From a virus: 64,000 nt of DNA. A program made the translations under genes and the position numbers. The notes beneath the pieces are model-generated. The model was not told the DNA's origin. It saw only the letters and a list, made by a program, of their open reading frames with translations, and did not search any database. Numbering within the stretch: position 1 is the stretch's first letter; every line of letters starts with the position of its first letter. Location: UHGV virus genome UHGV-0038498. One strand, given 5' to 3'. This document shows, in pieces, positions 28,884 through 47,310 of this stretch.

Positions 28884-30449
28884 TTAGATACCTTTAACAT
28901 ATACACGGCGGAAGTAAGCGTTTTTACCAAGGCTATTCAGAATAGAAGGCATACCGCTCTGGATGCGAGAAGCCGGAGCCTGAGCAGCGGATTCTGCAAA
29001 TGGGTTGATACCGATACCGTAACGAGTTTTGAATCCCATTACTGGTTGGAAGTTCTTCGGATCGGAACCACGCAGCGGAGTCAGAGCTACATATGGAGCG
29101 TAGTAAATACCAGCATCCATTTCGTTCGGACCTTTATAACCTACAGTGAAATAATCCTGTTTAGCATACTGGTCGATATATACACGGTATTTACCACCCA
29201 GAACACCAGCAAATACTGACTTGGTAGTATCAGTGTTAAAGCCGGTAGCCAGACCCTGTGCAGCATAAGAAATGCCAGTATCAACTGAAGCCAGAACGTT
29301 AACTACGTTACGGGAAGCGATAATGAAGTTACCTTCACCGCGACCGGTCTGACGAGCAATTTCAACTGCTTCTTTGTCAATCTGGAACAACAGAGCTTTA
29401 AAGGATTCACCCGCCCAGCGAGCACCACGAATATCAATCGGATCCTGGAAGTCAAATACACCAGCTTTAGAACCCGGAGTCAGGGTCATACCAGATTTAC
29501 CAACCTGAGCTGAGTAGTTAATCCAATCAACAACTTCGCGGTTGATTTCCAGCATGATTTCGGTAGCCAGAATACCAGACAGTTCAGCATCAGCATCCAT
29601 ACCGTGAACAGCGCGGAGGTCTTGTGCTAATTCGATAGAGTAAGCAGCTTTCAGCTGACGAGATTTAGCTTCAATAACTTGTTTATCGATACGGAAGCCC
29701 ATTTCATTCCATGGGTTATCGGTAGAACCGTTGAAACCTTCCTGAAGTTCAGCGATAGAAGTAGCCATACCTTCAGCGATTTCTACCAGTGCACCAGCTT
29801 CCATTTGTTTCTTAATTTCAGCATCTAATTTAGCTGCATCATCTGCAGTAGAACTAATTGTTACTTGAGCAGAAGCTTGCAGATACACAGTACCAGTGTC
29901 CTGGAAGAAGTGAGTATAGATATCACCTACTGTAGTTTGTGTGCTAGCAGCCAGAGCTGGGAATTTCTTAGCAGCACCCTGACCAGAGAACATTGCATCT
30001 GGACCATACATTGGGTGGAATGCTTCTTTAGCACCGGCAGCGATTGGGTCTTTACCATATACTGCGCGCAGTGCGAATACCTGGCCAGTCGGGCTGTTCA
30101 TCGGCTGAACACCGCAAATATCGAAAGCAATCAGGTTAGGAATAGCACGACGTACCATACCCATAACAGCTGGGCCAATCTGAGTTACTGCGCCAGAAGT
30201 CTGACCAGCAGCGATGTTAGTAGCGTTGTAACCGTGGTCACCACCGATTTCAGCTTCTGTTAAGAAAGAACCGAACGCCTGAGCGATTTTTTCGTCTTTG
30301 TATTCTGGAGCTGTCTGGAAATCTTTTTCCTGGTTTTCAAAGATTTTAGCGATAATCGCTTGTTTGCTATTAGCAATTTCCGGTAAACCTTCACCTTCCA
30401 GTAATGGCTTCCATTTGTTCAAAAGTTCAGCTTTAGTTTTGATAGTCAT
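28884..30449 (-). CDS. 23: major capsid protein
   Basis: 521 aa as T4 gp23; gene order 22-23-24. Confidence 0.95.
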   Translation of the reverse strand: MTIKTKAELLNKWKPLLEGEGLPEIANSKQAIIAKIFENQEKDFQTAPEYKDEKIAQAFGSFLTEAEIGGDHGYNATNIAAGQTSGAVTQIGPAVMGMVRRAIPNLIAFDICGVQPMNSPTGQVFALRAVYGKDPIAAGAKEAFHPMYGPDAMFSGQGAAKKFPALAASTQTTVGDIYTHFFQDTGTVYLQASAQVTISSTADDAAKLDAEIKKQMEAGALVEIAEGMATSIAELQEGFNGSTDNPWNEMGFRIDKQVIEAKSRQLKAAYSIELAQDLRAVHGMDADAELSGILATEIMLEINREVVDWINYSAQVGKSGMTLTPGSKAGVFDFQDPIDIRGARWAGESFKALLFQIDKEAVEIARQTGRGEGNFIIASRNVVNVLASVDTGISYAAQGLATGFNTDTTKSVFAGVLGGKYRVYIDQYAKQDYFTVGYKGPNEMDAGIYYAPYVALTPLRGSDPKNFQPVMGFKTRYGIGINPFAESAAQAPASRIQSGMPSILNSLGKNAYFRRVYVKGI

Positions 30450-30467
30450 TTGTGTTAACCTTTAAAA

Positions 30468-31277
30468 TTAGAAACGAGATGCGACTTTCGCATATACACT
30501 TACAATATCTTCTGCACCAGGTGCAGCTTTATCTTCTACAGCTTCAGTGACGAAATTCAGTCCGGCTGCTTCAGTATCAGGAGTATTTATACCCTCAGTA
30601 ATAGTGCTTTCATCTTTATTAGACTTCTTCACCATTTCTACGATGGCACTCAATTTACTTGAGAATTCATCTGAATAATCCATACCTTCGACCAGAGCAG
30701 AGACTTTTTCTTTTTGAGACTCAGTCAGATCTTTAGTACTTTCGCTCAATGCCACTTCACGCTGCACATAATTGATATATGCGTCGCGCATATTGAGTTC
30801 TTCGAACAGACGAGCTGATTCTTCTTTATGTTCTTGCAGCTCTTCTTCCATTTCAGCTACAACATCAACTGATTCTTCTGGAACAACAACGTTGTGTTCA
30901 ACAAAGAGCTCTTTTAATCCACCAAGCATGGATTCAAACAGTTCGGCTTTGATGCCTTTATCAACTGCTAATTTATTTTCAGCGAGCCATTCTTTTGCAA
31001 GATGGTCGATGAATTTAGAAGCTTGCTCAGCGATTTTCTTCTCAGCTTTTTCTTCGGCTTCTTCTTTATTTTTTTCTACTTCTTCTTCTGCTTTTTCAGC
31101 AATTTTAGCGATATGAGATTCAGCTAATTTAACGGCGTGCTGCTTGACGGTAGCTTCGAATACAGTGCCGAAAGTTTCTTTTGCTTCCGGAGAAATATTA
31201 ACTGATTCGAAAATACTATCAAGAGCAACGGAAGCATCAATTTTTTGCGCTTCAGCAATCAGTTGTTCTTTAAGCAT
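30468..31277 (-). CDS. 22: prohead core scaffold protein
   Basis: 269 aa, strongly Glu/Lys-rich coiled-coil-like as T4 gp22; position. Confidence 0.85.
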   Translation of the reverse strand: MLKEQLIAEAQKIDASVALDSIFESVNISPEAKETFGTVFEATVKQHAVKLAESHIAKIAEKAEEEVEKNKEEAEEKAEKKIAEQASKFIDHLAKEWLAENKLAVDKGIKAELFESMLGGLKELFVEHNVVVPEESVDVVAEMEEELQEHKEESARLFEELNMRDAYINYVQREVALSESTKDLTESQKEKVSALVEGMDYSDEFSSKLSAIVEMVKKSNKDESTITEGINTPDTEAAGLNFVTEAVEDKAAPGAEDIVSVYAKVASRF

Positions 31278-31304
31278 TTTGTAGTCCTGTTGTTTAGATA
31301 ATAA

Positions 31305-31312
31305 TATTTATA
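31305..31312 (-). promoter_or_regulatory. late promoter for gene 22
   Basis: TATAAATA on minus strand ~28 nt upstream of gene 22 ATG. Confidence 0.65.
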
Positions 31313-31946
31313 ACGCTTTTTTCATGGCCTCTGCGAGAGCCATATAGGCGTCATCGGCACTTGTATCGGCTTCCGCCGTCTGTGATTCGGTAATTTCCTT
31401 AGGAGTTACCCATGCATCTGGAGCACTTGGACCCCATACTGCATCAACACCTACAGTTAATTTGAATCCTTCGTTTACGATACGATAACCTTTATTTGTG
31501 TCAGTCAATGAACCTAATCCACGAGAAGAAACTCCTGGAATCCATCCGGCACGAATATTAGCTGCTAATTTATCTCCAGGACCATGGTCACCTTCAATAA
31601 CACGAGCTCGTCCGTATACGTCATTTCCTTTCCACCACATATCTTCTATAATGATAGCGGCTTGCATTGGGTCAACATTAGCGCGTGGAGGATGATTTAA
31701 TTCTCCGAGAGCTTGTTTAGTTAAAACTTGCTCATTGATATAGTCTTTTACCGCTTTTTCTAATATGCGTTTTGGATAAAGACGTTTATTTCTATTGACG
31801 ACTTCCGCTTGCATGAATATTCCTTCGATGTATAAACCGGGTTTTAAACCGAGGTCTTTTCCATCATGAGATTCAAGCATTGGCACGCCATCAATAATTT
31901 CGCCAGGTTGACCCCAAGTTTCAATTAGTAATTGGGGTTCATTCAT
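31308..31946 (-). CDS. 21: prohead core protease
   Basis: 212 aa as T4 gp21; position between 68 and 22. Confidence 0.9.
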   Translation of the reverse strand: MNEPQLLIETWGQPGEIIDGVPMLESHDGKDLGLKPGLYIEGIFMQAEVVNRNKRLYPKRILEKAVKDYINEQVLTKQALGELNHPPRANVDPMQAAIIIEDMWWKGNDVYGRARVIEGDHGPGDKLAANIRAGWIPGVSSRGLGSLTDTNKGYRIVNEGFKLTVGVDAVWGPSAPDAWVTPKEITESQTAEADTSADDAYMALAEAMKKAL

Positions 31947-32371
31947 TAGCTTAATCCTAATGCTTTACGGCGTTTAAGAGCTTTTTTACGCTTACGCTGA
32001 GCACGAGATTGACCTGCTGGATTGGCAATCTTCGTTTTGGTAGCTTTGCGAGCAATTTGTCTACGTTTTGCTTTAGACAGCCCGGTGGTTTGAAATGCAT
32101 TACGTTCACGCGTCTTGCGGTCTTTAGTACGTGTAATTTCACCACGAGCAGAAACATGTTTAACGATGAATTCATTTAGCGGCATATCTTCATTAATAGA
32201 AGCTAATGCAATTGCTAAATCAGTTTCATCATCAAGCATATTCTCGACAATTGTATTTATATCGTCTTTATTTAAAGCAGAAGACAATTCGTCAAAGCGA
32301 CCCTGTGCTTCAGGAATAAGTGCTTCGACATTCTCGAGAACTAATTCATGAGTTTCAGGGATCAGAAGCAT
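31946..32371 (-). CDS. 68: prohead core protein
   Basis: 141 aa; position between 67 and 21. Confidence 0.7.
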   Translation of the reverse strand: MLLIPETHELVLENVEALIPEAQGRFDELSSALNKDDINTIVENMLDDETDLAIALASINEDMPLNEFIVKHVSARGEITRTKDRKTRERNAFQTTGLSKAKRRQIARKATKTKIANPAGQSRAQRKRKKALKRRKALGLS

Positions 32372-32612
32372 TATTCATCATCCTCGTCTTCGTCATCTTC
32401 GTCAGAGTCTTTGTCTTTTTTGTCGTCTTTATCATCGCTATCTTCGTCATCATCCTCATCATCAGGTTCTTCACCTTCGATTAAGAAATTACGAGCGATA
32501 GCGATTTTTTCTTCTTTAATTAAATCAATCGTTCTTGCAGCCATGGCTTCAGCAAAGAATTTACGAGCGGCTACGAGGTCGTTTGATTTAATAGCTTCAA
32601 TTAAACCTTCCA

Positions 32613-32613
<1 letters not shown>
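32371..32613 (-). CDS. 67: prohead core protein (acidic)
   Basis: 80 aa; Asp/Glu-rich C-terminus; position after portal gene. Confidence 0.7.
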
Positions 32614-34238
<1,625 letters not shown>

Positions 34239-34270
34239 TTAAGCAGGATGGGGATTTCTCCCCATTCATT

Positions 34271-34762
34271 TTATTCCCAATAATCGAGAGCGAGAGTTAC
34301 TTCAAATGTTTGGATTTCATTATTTGAATCCCAATCTAATTGAAGTTCACCCACGTTAGTAGGCCACAGGCCTTTAATTTCGACTTCTTTTGTTACAGTT
34401 TTAGCGTCACGAGCATATTGGCGAACAACAGCGCTCTTTTTATACTCTGCTGGTTTTCCACCAGTAATTTCGTTCCCTTGCCCAGCAGCAATGCTTTGCC
34501 AATCAACAAACTTCTGACGAGCATCGTGTGCCTCATCGTTCATTACTGTAACAGTCCAGTCATCGAATGTACGATCGCCTGCTACGTTAATTTTACGGTT
34601 CATAAATCCGACTGGAATTTTTTCTACAATACCAGCTGGTAAAGCAGTGGCTTTACATTGAAACGTAAAATTTTGTCCAAGATAAGAAATTTCTACTTGG
34701 AATAAGTTAGGTCGAGCAAAATCACCAGATTCAAACGCTCGTGTTACATCATCTACAAACAT
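34271..34762 (-). CDS. 19: tail tube protein
   Basis: 163 aa as T4 gp19; position next to 18. Confidence 0.9.
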   Translation of the reverse strand: MFVDDVTRAFESGDFARPNLFQVEISYLGQNFTFQCKATALPAGIVEKIPVGFMNRKINVAGDRTFDDWTVTVMNDEAHDARQKFVDWQSIAAGQGNEITGGKPAEYKKSAVVRQYARDAKTVTKEVEIKGLWPTNVGELQLDWDSNNEIQTFEVTLALDYWE

Positions 34763-34835
34763 ATTAGCCTCTGTAGTATTTATATCCCTATGTTTAACCT
34801 AGGGCATATAGAATTAAAGAATTAAGGATATAGTG

Positions 34836-34843
34836 TATTTATA
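34836..34843 (-). promoter_or_regulatory. late promoter upstream of gene 19
   Basis: TATAAATA on minus strand in the 18-19 intergenic region. Confidence 0.55.
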
Positions 34844-34878
34844 TGGCCTGCCGAAACAGGCCTTTAGAATGCACCGTA

Positions 34879-36858
34879 TTAACCTGCAAGACCAGTTAAC
34901 TCATCGAAATCTGCACCAGTAGCAGTTGCTACGAAGTTTAAGGTAATGTAGTTAATGCTTCTAGCTGGTTGGATGTAGAATGTTGCAACAAACTCATTTC
35001 TATCAATTACTGACGGAGTGTTATTTGTTGTATCGCAAACTACACGATATTCATAAATTCCACCGAGAGCTTTAATTCCCTGCAAGTACTGGGAAGTTTC
35101 TGTGCGGAATGATGAACGAGTAAACGCGTTGTTTAATTCGAACAAACGATATTTTGAACTACGTCCGATATTCGTTTTCAACATATTAAACAGACGACGA
35201 ACGTTAATACGATCAAATGGAGAAGGAACAGAAGTAGCTGTTTTATCACCATACAATACGTAACCATCACCACCTGTACCAGTTACTGGGTTGATAGCTT
35301 CTTGATATAAACGGTCGCGCTGCGCCTGGCGAGTTTCAATAGCAAGTTTAATAACGTTCAAAATTTGGCCACGATTATAACCAGCTGGAGACATCCAAGT
35401 CTGAGAAACGTTATCAGTTCTTGCACACAAACCAGCAATATCAGCTGCTAATGGAACCCAACGATTCACATCATTATATTTGTCATACTGATACTTGTAG
35501 TTACCATCAATTGCTGCGTAGGTTGAACTGATATTAAAGTTATTATCAGTGTATGAACCTGCTGCAGTTCTCCAGTTGACTAAGTTATCAACAGCACGAG
35601 TTACAGGAATTCCAACTACAGTTTCACGCGGTGGTGAGCACAGTACTAAGCAATCTTGGCGAGCATCCCCAATTGAAACGACATGTTTTTGGACAGTAGA
35701 TGCTGTTTCTAAAGATTCACCGGCACAAGAACCCGCAATAAACAACTGAACATCAACAGATTCACGGTCAGCAAAGAAGTCCCAAGCTTCCATCAAATCT
35801 CCTGCTGTTACTTCAGCATTTGATGATAATCCACCAGACAGAGTTAAAATTCCAGAGAAGCCTTCTGGCCAGTTTTGTGCAGTTGCGAAAATATATTCTG
35901 AACCGCCTTTTGCGAAAAAGTCATCAATATAGATGTTACTATCGTAAATATCTTTTTCACCACGCTTTGTTGAAAGAACAACGCTTTGAACAATAGCATC
36001 ATTGCGACGAACTATAATAGCGTATTGTGAATCAGTTTGTGGTCCATATCCAAACACTGCTTTGGCAGTAGATGCGCGTGTGCCGCCGCCTGGATAAATT
36101 GGAAGTAATGCAGAAGCACCTTTTGCGTAGTCAGCTTTAGATACGATTTCAATTTCGATTTTATCGCCCAACTCGCCTGGATAAAGAGCTACTACTCCTG
36201 GAATTCCATATTTTTCGAGATTTGCTTGAAAGTCAACAGCTGTCATGGCAGCTTCGGCATTTTCAATTTCAGCTAATAAAATACCAGAATCAGTAATAAT
36301 TTTTCCAAGAGTTATTACTGCAGCTAAACCAGAGGAAGACGAAGAAATTTCCGCGGTCCAGTTAGAACCTAATTCTGGATATTCGCCTACTTCTTTCGCT
36401 TTAGCGATAATTTTTGCGGTAGGAATATTAATTTTCTTAATTTTTCCATCAGCATCTACTTCGGTAACTTTACATTCTGTTTCAACATCTTCTGAAACAT
36501 ACTTAACCGTGATTTTATCTCCAACCGCGTAGTTACTACCTGGGGTAGAAATAGTGTATTCAATATTACCGGCAATCGGAGATGAGTTTTTAGCGGTATC
36601 TCTATCGACAGCACGCACAACTCGCAAATCATTTCCGTATTGTAAGAAATTCATTGCAGACATAAAATAGTCAGCAGTTTCAGCTGTAGGTTGACCAAAA
36701 GTATTAACTAAATCTACTTCATTTGTAACCTGTTTAATTTGAAAAGCAGGACCCCACTGGAATTTACCGGCCAAAGCTGCTGTACCAGTAGAGTTATTAA
36801 CCACGGTGCTTTGAACCGTAGTTTCTTTGAGCTCAATGCCCGGAGATAATAAAGTCAT
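34879..36858 (-). CDS. 18: tail sheath protein
   Basis: 659 aa as T4 gp18; late promoter TATAAATA ~29 nt upstream. Confidence 0.9.
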   Translation of the reverse strand: MTLLSPGIELKETTVQSTVVNNSTGTAALAGKFQWGPAFQIKQVTNEVDLVNTFGQPTAETADYFMSAMNFLQYGNDLRVVRAVDRDTAKNSSPIAGNIEYTISTPGSNYAVGDKITVKYVSEDVETECKVTEVDADGKIKKINIPTAKIIAKAKEVGEYPELGSNWTAEISSSSSGLAAVITLGKIITDSGILLAEIENAEAAMTAVDFQANLEKYGIPGVVALYPGELGDKIEIEIVSKADYAKGASALLPIYPGGGTRASTAKAVFGYGPQTDSQYAIIVRRNDAIVQSVVLSTKRGEKDIYDSNIYIDDFFAKGGSEYIFATAQNWPEGFSGILTLSGGLSSNAEVTAGDLMEAWDFFADRESVDVQLFIAGSCAGESLETASTVQKHVVSIGDARQDCLVLCSPPRETVVGIPVTRAVDNLVNWRTAAGSYTDNNFNISSTYAAIDGNYKYQYDKYNDVNRWVPLAADIAGLCARTDNVSQTWMSPAGYNRGQILNVIKLAIETRQAQRDRLYQEAINPVTGTGGDGYVLYGDKTATSVPSPFDRINVRRLFNMLKTNIGRSSKYRLFELNNAFTRSSFRTETSQYLQGIKALGGIYEYRVVCDTTNNTPSVIDRNEFVATFYIQPARSINYITLNFVATATGADFDELTGLAG

Positions 36859-36886
36859 TTTTAATCCTCTTTAATATGCTTTAATA

Positions 36887-40027
<3,141 letters not shown>

Positions 40028-40068
40028 GATTTCTCCTAATCTGGGCTTTAATTAGTTTATAATATTTA

Positions 40069-41770
<1,702 letters not shown>

Positions 41771-41782
41771 TTAAAAATCCTT

Positions 41783-41800
41783 TGGGGCCTTGCGGCCCCA
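41783..41800 (-). terminator. terminator after wac
   Basis: Hairpin TGGGGCC-TTGC-GGCCCCA followed on minus strand by AGGATTTTTAAATG. Confidence 0.65.
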
Positions 41801-41802
41801 TG

Positions 41803-43266
41803 TTATGCTGGTGATAAAAAGGTAGAAAGTAATACCCACTCGCCGTCTTTACGAACGTAAGCTTGACCATCTTTTGGAGCTTCAGGAATATAACCTGCTT
41901 CTTGTAGAGCTTGAACATCACCTTGCAGAGAAGATATACTACCTTTGGCTGTATTCACTTCTTGTGTAACTGATGCAATGTTGGTTTCGTTAGCTTTTAT
42001 TGAATTGGTTAATCCGCGTTCTTCGACTGTTGAACCGTTTGGATTAGTTCCATTTACTAAAGTATTTAACGCTACAACTTGCCCTTTAATTCCTGTGCTG
42101 TTATTACCAATCTCTACTTGTAGGTTTTGAACATCGTTATTCAAGCCTGAAACAGAAGTTTCAATTGTAGAAACTCGGTTTAAAAGAGACCCAGGAGGAG
42201 AAGGTTGTCCACCGCTAGAATCAGTTCCAACAATTTGGTTTAACCACGAAACATTCGCTCTTAAACCAGATGAAGTGTTTTCACCAACGATTCCATTTAG
42301 AGCTTCAATTGAAGTTGTATTATCTTTGATTTGGCCTTTAATACTCGAAGGAATATCATCTGAACCAATAGAAGTTTCAATAACGGTTAAACGCTGTTTA
42401 ATACCTCCACTTTGATTTAGCTCTAAATTAATAGATGCAATATTATCAGTGTTTGTATTAACACTCGTAATAATCGAATTATTTCCTGGATATCCTATTG
42501 AGGTCTTAATAGCACTAATGTCAGATTCAACTGTTGTCTGTTTAGTGTCAATTTCATTTAAACGACTGTAGATGTTTTGTGAAAATGACGGTGGTTTAGG
42601 TCCAAGCTCTTCGCGAAGATTACCAACTTCAATAGTTAAAGAACCTACATCAGATTCAATAAATTTTGTTTCTAATTCGCTTAAACGTATTCCCTGTGAA
42701 GTGATGACATCAGTATTATTAATAATGCGATGCTTCATTCCTGTGCTAGGATTTCCTACAACAGGAAGACCATTAATATCTTGACCTGTGTATTGTCCAA
42801 GTTCACGCTTTATCCACAGTAAATCATTTCTGATCGTTCTGTATACAGAGTTGGCCTCGGAGTTAAATGGACCAATATCAGCAAGAATGCTGTCAACTGT
42901 ACTATTAGTTCCATTTAATATTTCTGTATGTTCACTGGTTAGCGTTTTAAGGTCAGAAATATCCTTTTTATTGATACTTATTTGGGCCAAAGCTTCAATA
43001 TCGCCAGATACATCTAAGATGCCCTGAATTGTTTTAATATCACTATTCGCGGATTCTAAAGATGTTTTGAGTATTCCAATGTTTTTATCAAGAACTTCAA
43101 CATTTCTTAGTACAGAAACTGTAGGTCTATTCATTGAACCTTCACTTCCATACTGTGTGTCAGCTCCTAATATTTCTTCGCCGTTTTTAATCCAGGAAAT
43201 GCGGCTCTGGCCCTCTGCAGGAGGGCCGTCAACGAATGGTAAGTCATTCAGTACAATATCTGTCAT
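41803..43266 (-). CDS. wac: fibritin (whisker antigen control)
   Basis: 487 aa; long heptad-like repeats; C-terminal foldon-like [27 protein letters not shown]. Confidence 0.9.
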   Translation of the reverse strand: MTDIVLNDLPFVDGPPAEGQSRISWIKNGEEILGADTQYGSEGSMNRPTVSVLRNVEVLDKNIGILKTSLESANSDIKTIQGILDVSGDIEALAQISINKKDISDLKTLTSEHTEILNGTNSTVDSILADIGPFNSEANSVYRTIRNDLLWIKRELGQYTGQDINGLPVVGNPSTGMKHRIINNTDVITSQGIRLSELETKFIESDVGSLTIEVGNLREELGPKPPSFSQNIYSRLNEIDTKQTTVESDISAIKTSIGYPGNNSIITSVNTNTDNIASINLELNQSGGIKQRLTVIETSIGSDDIPSSIKGQIKDNTTSIEALNGIVGENTSSGLRANVSWLNQIVGTDSSGGQPSPPGSLLNRVSTIETSVSGLNNDVQNLQVEIGNNSTGIKGQVVALNTLVNGTNPNGSTVEERGLTNSIKANETNIASVTQEVNTAKGSISSLQGDVQALQEAGYIPEAPKDGQAYVRKDGEWVLLSTFLSPA

Positions 43267-44846
43267 TCTTTTACCTTAATTATGTAGTTTAAAGAAATGT
43301 TCCATGGACGTGTTTCATTTCCAATTAATTCAGGACGATTTAGTGTATATTTGGAATTTCGTTGTGATGCTGGGTCAATTTCATATCCGTCATTGGTGAA
43401 ATATGAACGGTTATCCCAGTCAAGTCCTTTACGTGTACCAACAAAATTTGATCTACGGGTATTACCGAATGCTCCAGAATCATCATGCTCACCAAATCCG
43501 CCAGCGTGTTTATGATAAGACATCTGCTGTTTTTGTACTTCGCCAACATATCCACCGGTACAACCTACGCCTAATCTAGGCTTACCAAATTGGTCATTAC
43601 CATTAACATTTGGATTTGTTAAGTGAGAGCCACGACCAGAGCCACGAACAAAAAGGCCACGCATATCAGGTAATCCAGGATTTGATGAACTTCCGCCGTA
43701 TCTTGTTCCAATTCTAGAAGCATATAATGGACAATCTGATGCTGAAACAGTTCCTCCATGACAGAAGCGCCAAGCATCACTAGGAAGGCTATCAGCCGCC
43801 CACATCATAATAGCTCCGACAGGAATAGTTCTATCTATTTCATTCTGCGTTACAACACGCTTACCTTGAATATAACCACCGGTCATGTTAACTGTTCCGG
43901 TAATATTTGCTCCGCCTGAAGCTATTGTGAGCGTATTATTAATGCGAAGTGTTCCATTAATCGTTTGACCACCTCTTTGGTGGATAACGTCAGCATTCCA
44001 AGCTAGTGCTGATGAAGCATCACCTCCGCTCTGTGAGCCGGCGGTTGTAGTTAATTTAACTACGCCTCTCATTGACGTTGTAGAACCACGACCATTAAGA
44101 GTTGCGCCAGTAACCGCAACAGAAGCATTATTCGAGTTAACTTCTGATTGTGTTCCTAATTTAATTACGCCTTTATATTCTTCAGTAGCAGTAGAATTCA
44201 TTAGCGTATAAGGAGAAATTGCATAGCCTTCTCTTAATGTTCCTTGACGAACTTGAGCTACTGTCGCTAATTGAACAACGCCTTGGTCAGATTCGGTAGC
44301 TGTGGTTTCAGAAGGAGCGATTTGCGCAATTAATTTAATAGCTAACTGCTGTGTTTTTAACGGAGTCATCGCAGTAGTATCATCAGCGCCAGCTAATGCT
44401 TGCGGTAGAGATGAAATCTTAATAACTCCATTTGATGATTCAGTTGAAACACGAGTTTCAAAGGCATTATTAAGGGCAACAGTAAATTTAGCAGGAGTTA
44501 TAGAAGATTCATTATTAACTCCGGCAATTGCTTCATCATTGGTTGAATATCTTGTTAATCCGTAAACAGTTTCAGTTGCGTTTGGATAAGATAATCTTGT
44601 TGCCAACGTTGCTGGTGTAACTGCTTTGGTATTATCAGTTCCGTCGATAACTTCCTGTTCAGTGGCAAGAAATAAAATTCCCTTTGTTGTTGATGATGCG
44701 TCAGGAACTCCATTTACACCAGCAGGAGAAATGGCTGCTATAGCAGCCTGAACATCAGTAATCTCTGCTGGAAAATTTGTACCTGTTGGATCAAATTTTA
44801 CATAGCGAGATTCATTAGAAACGTGTTGATATGTATTATTACTCAT
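43263..44846 (-). CDS. 12: short tail fibre protein
   Basis: 527 aa as T4 gp12; position between wac and 11. Confidence 0.9.
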   Translation of the reverse strand: MSNNTYQHVSNESRYVKFDPTGTNFPAEITDVQAAIAAISPAGVNGVPDASSTTKGILFLATEQEVIDGTDNTKAVTPATLATRLSYPNATETVYGLTRYSTNDEAIAGVNNESSITPAKFTVALNNAFETRVSTESSNGVIKISSLPQALAGADDTTAMTPLKTQQLAIKLIAQIAPSETTATESDQGVVQLATVAQVRQGTLREGYAISPYTLMNSTATEEYKGVIKLGTQSEVNSNNASVAVTGATLNGRGSTTSMRGVVKLTTTAGSQSGGDASSALAWNADVIHQRGGQTINGTLRINNTLTIASGGANITGTVNMTGGYIQGKRVVTQNEIDRTIPVGAIMMWAADSLPSDAWRFCHGGTVSASDCPLYASRIGTRYGGSSSNPGLPDMRGLFVRGSGRGSHLTNPNVNGNDQFGKPRLGVGCTGGYVGEVQKQQMSYHKHAGGFGEHDDSGAFGNTRRSNFVGTRKGLDWDNRSYFTNDGYEIDPASQRNSKYTLNRPELIGNETRPWNISLNYIIKVKE

Positions 44847-45502
44847 GCTGTTCTCTCAAAATGATAAAGTACTATTGGAGTTTGCTGATTATCTAAAGTT
44901 ACAGTTTGTGCACCAAGCAAATTCCATGTGCCATATCCAGGCTTAGATTCTGAAATAATTTCTTGGGAAATAGTTATTCCATATGTGGAATATGTGCTTA
45001 ATACATGTTTTTGATTATCTAAATAAGTAACTTCTAATTTACTACCATCAGTTGGATGGTCTTTATATGAATTGATAGCAGTAAATGACGCAATAGCTTC
45101 TTGTAGCGCAACACGAACTTTGGCAACAAACTCGATAGCTGTCATTCCGGTTGTTGCTGAAACTGGAAGACCAAATACTAATACAGTAACAGGAGAACCA
45201 GGAGGAAGCGAATCATCTGTCACAGTTCCTGAAAATGCCCAATAATCAGTTTGAGAAACACCCTCAGGAGAAACGCCGGTTTTATTAGTAATAATTGTAC
45301 CAACGTCTTTTATAGAAAAATTATGAACATCATTAATAGCTGATTCTACGTTTGGTTCATAAAATCCTTTCGCTAATTGAGAAATTGTCACTGACCCAAC
45401 CGATTGACGATTCATTACATCGATGTCGCCAGTTTTAGGTCTAAAACCAAGAAAATCGGCTAAGCGGGAAATAACTCCCGCTTTATTATTAAGTAAACTC
45501 AT
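44843..45502 (-). CDS. 11: baseplate wedge / short-fibre attachment protein
   Basis: 219 aa from [10 protein letters not shown]...; ORF-track start at 45520 is an upstream extension overlapping gene 10. Confidence 0.85.
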   Translation of the reverse strand: MSLLNNKAGVISRLADFLGFRPKTGDIDVMNRQSVGSVTISQLAKGFYEPNVESAINDVHNFSIKDVGTIITNKTGVSPEGVSQTDYWAFSGTVTDDSLPPGSPVTVLVFGLPVSATTGMTAIEFVAKVRVALQEAIASFTAINSYKDHPTDGSKLEVTYLDNQKHVLSTYSTYGITISQEIISESKPGYGTWNLLGAQTVTLDNQQTPIVLYHFERTA

Positions 45503-47310
45503 TATGCAATCCTTATCCAACGATAAACTGTAATATATGGTTGAATGTTAGTTATTGATGTTGGCGGAGTGTGAGTAGAGTTAGTAGATGCTTTAGCTTC
45601 ACGGTATTTCGTGTAAACTGGACCAGATTCATCTGGATCGTATTGACATCCACCAACAATGACTGATCCATTTTCATCAACTATTAGAACTTCTTCATCT
45701 GTCTCAGTTGCAGGAAGATTAGCATTTTCCAATGTAACAGAAGTAGAACCACCTGTTCCACCTGCAGTGTGTGAAGGATTTCCGCCCGAATCTAAATCGT
45801 TGTTATTTAGAGCAAAGTTAGGGTCCGAAATATCTTCATTCCATCCAACTAAAACTTTTCCTTGCCCAAATAATTTCCATGAGCCGAATCCCATATATGT
45901 AACAGGGTTATTTGGATTAACAGCGTTTTCATATATAGTTCCAATAGGATAAATCGTATCAAAGATATTTGAAACAGCATTAAATTCGCGTTGATAGGAT
46001 TGAACTGCTTCTACATTTGGCCAACCAATTTTATCGAAGTCTGTTAAATTTACATCACCGGAAATATCTACTCCTGGTCCTTGCGATACATAGAGATTAT
46101 CAGTTTCATCAATAATCTCATCTTTTGTTAATAATGTACCTAAATCATTATTAAACCAGGTGATATTGATAATGTCGCCATGCTCAAATACTCTATCGAA
46201 GTGCAATGTTTCTGGTATGCCGTTTTCATCGGTTTCAACTGAATAGTCGGTATGAGACTGTTCCCAAGTTCCACCTAAAACAGAGCATTCTACTTCATCA
46301 TCTGAATCGGCACCAACACAATGAAATAATGGCATTCCAACTGTTCCAGCCAATTCTTGTAAAATTCCATTAAAACGGACCTCGAGAGAATTAGGATTAA
46401 TAGGTTCACCTGGAATTAATCCAAAAGCTGAAAACGGAATTGATTTCATTGTTGATAAATCAGTAACGTAAATGCTTCCTTCTAAAGAAGTTTTTGACGT
46501 TAATTTTGAATCTAACACTCTAATTTGACGTCTTGTATATGAACTTCTCCACTGTGATACGCCATCCATAAATGTTTCAATTTGAACAGTATCACCGATA
46601 TTACAAGGCTGTCTTAATCGAATATTAAATCCATCAAGAGGAACTAATTCACCTTCGTTTTCGCCCGGAGAGCCAAAATCGCTGTTTTCACTAAATACAT
46701 CGCCGTAATACAATTCGTTACCACGATGTTTTACTCTGATATTATTTACATTATAACTAGTTCCACGGAAAACATCTAAAAAGTCTGTTTGTCCTTGGAC
46801 TTCAACTAAAAATTCTTTACGAGCTACATTACTGATGTCTGAACTGGTAATTTTGTCAATTTGCTTATTTTTGACATATTCCCAACGTCCTGGGGCGCAA
46901 TACACTAATTCCAAATCGCTGAATTGAACATTAATTTCAACTGGTACTGCAGACCCTTTAATCGTATCGCCGGAAGCAGCTACTAATGTAACTGGGTTGA
47001 CGTTCCATGTAGCAAATACGTCTCTAGCTCTAATTACCTTGTTGTAATCATTGACAGTTCCTTTTGGAAGATTTATAGTTACTCTTCCAGAAGAGGTATT
47101 AATAGCGTATGATTTCCCCCACTCAGCTTTTAGTGTTTGACCAGATGAAGCATCATAAGTTTTCCAGGCACCGGCTGAATATGGAACATCTCCATCACCA
47201 AGCTCATAATAAAGCTCATCAAAGTTTTCATTTATTTTTATACCACCTTTACGCAGGTAGTCACCGGTACCATCATCAACAACATTACCGATATTAATAT
47301 TTTGTTTCAT
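45502..47310 (-). CDS. 10: baseplate wedge protein
   Basis: 602 aa as T4 gp10; position. Confidence 0.9.
   Translation of the reverse strand: MKQNINIGNVVDDGTGDYLRKGGIKINENFDELYYELGDGDVPYSAGAWKTYDASSGQTLKAEWGKSYAINTSSGRVTINLPKGTVNDYNKVIRARDVFATWNVNPVTLVAASGDTIKGSAVPVEINVQFSDLELVYCAPGRWEYVKNKQIDKITSSDISNVARKEFLVEVQGQTDFLDVFRGTSYNVNNIRVKHRGNELYYGDVFSENSDFGSPGENEGELVPLDGFNIRLRQPCNIGDTVQIETFMDGVSQWRSSYTRRQIRVLDSKLTSKTSLEGSIYVTDLSTMKSIPFSAFGLIPGEPINPNSLEVRFNGILQELAGTVGMPLFHCVGADSDDEVECSVLGGTWEQSHTDYSVETDENGIPETLHFDRVFEHGDIINITWFNNDLGTLLTKDEIIDETDNLYVSQGPGVDISGDVNLTDFDKIGWPNVEAVQSYQREFNAVSNIFDTIYPIGTIYENAVNPNNPVTYMGFGSWKLFGQGKVLVGWNEDISDPNFALNNNDLDSGGNPSHTAGGTGGSTSVTLENANLPATETDEEVLIVDENGSVIVGGCQYDPDESGPVYTKYREAKASTNSTHTPPTSITNIQPYITVYRWIRIA

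Noticed and set aside
45503-45520. ORF-track start of gene 11 at 45520 ([10 protein letters not shown]...)
   Set aside because: The extension overlaps the 3' end of gene 10; the internal start MSLLNNK gives 219 aa as expected for gp11.
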